DNA from: Planktothrix sp. GU0601_MAG3
GTDB lineage: Bacteria; Cyanobacteriota; Cyanobacteriia; Cyanobacteriales; Microcoleaceae
Length of the DNA stretch: 64,000 nucleotides
Reading direction: 5' to 3'
Assembly: GCA_035193785.1 (NCBI GenBank)
Contig: CP136572.1
Coordinates: forward strand, 2,260,578 to 2,324,577
Shown: positions 63,153 through 64,000 of the stretch, piece after piece
Position numbering within the stretch: the stretch's first letter is position 1
Layout: every line of letters starts with the position of its first letter
The notes under the pieces: generated by a model
The model's input: the letters and a program-made list of their open reading frames with translations, nothing else
Database searches by the model: none
Told to the model about the DNA's origin: nothing
Translations under genes and position numbers: made by a program

Positions 63153-64000
63153 TTATTTGACCTAGTTGGAATCAAATCACTAAACAATCGGTACAATGTA
63201 AAGGCATTCTGAATCGGCTGTAACAGTGAAGAACCGCTATCACCCAATTTAGTTACAAAAGACCGACGGACAATAATCACATCATTATTCTGTAATACAG
63301 GATTATTCTCCTGGGCATTCCCCAATGTAAAATCTATATCAATTGTTCTCCGAGTTACTGAACCATTGGGATTTAGTCGAATCAGTTCCACGGAACTTTG
63401 ATTGGCGCGGCTGTTATCAAACCCTCCCGCCGATAATAAGGCTTGATTCAAAGGACGATTAGGGGGAATTTGAAGTACACCAGGATTTTTGACTTCCCCG
63501 ACCACATTCACGAAAATGTTGGCGGGTGAAAAGCTGGCGGAAGCGATTTTTTGTAAATCGACCGTGGCAATATTAGTAGCCGTCGGGACAATTACCGTAT
63601 CCCCTTCTTGTAAAAATATATCTTGGTTGATATCTCCCGATTGCAACAGTTCCCAAAGATTGATTTTTGTAGTTTGTACCCCGGTTTTAGTTATCCGTTG
63701 AATTTCAATATGGCGAATATCGGCTACATTGGTAATCCCTCCCGCCGTTTGTAACGCCCGGGTGACCGTGGGTAAATTGATTCTGACGGCTGTTGTGGTG
63801 GTTCCAGAAACCGGCCGTATCGGTTCCACTGGCTTCCGAACTTAAGGAATAGGCCCCCGGACGAAAGACCGCCCCGACCACTACCACCTGAATCGATTGG
63901 CTGGCAGACCCGGCTAAACTAGAAGAAGCGATTTGGCGCATTTGTTCGGTGTTAAAACCCGTCATCGTGGGAATAAAAATACTGTCCCCGTCCCTAAGAA
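63149..64000 (-). CDS. Polysaccharide export protein with SLBB domains (Wza-like), 5' partial (frameshift at GAAAC 63807)
   Basis: [35 protein letters not shown] repeats. Confidence 0.88.

Overview
64-kb chromosomal segment of a filamentous cyanobacterium, probably Planktothrix-like Oscillatoriales (inferred from HIP1 GCGATCGC sites, heptamer STRR arrays, sasA, pilB-pilT-pilC and grpE-dnaK-dnaJ). It is mostly housekeeping genes (prx, cysK-like, sasA, group-2 sigma, clpB, rsgA, dnaJ/dnaK/grpE, pilBTC, murE, queG, hemB, pta). Accessory blocks: (i) FHA + TPR-CHAT facing HTH-NB-ARC / kinase-TM-TPR / secreted protein; (ii) a TerB-dynamin fusion with a divergent unknown gene; (iii) a toxin-antitoxin patch interrupted by an apparently complete IsrB-omegaRNA element; (iv) a truncated TnpB; (v) a TerY-vWA/PP2C pair; (vi) a SynDLP-type dynamin-KGK-HNH cluster; plus MITEs and composite repeats. 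The most striking signal: all 33 frameshifts I could reconstruct are the same event, one extra base turning GAAC/GTTC into GAAAC/GTTTC, including in essential genes. They are almost certainly systematic sequencing errors, not pseudogenes. The motif is the canonical Dnd phosphorothioate site (GpsAAC/GpsTTC), so the errors may be a readout of a DNA modification. CDS coordinates below are for the frameshift-corrected genes.
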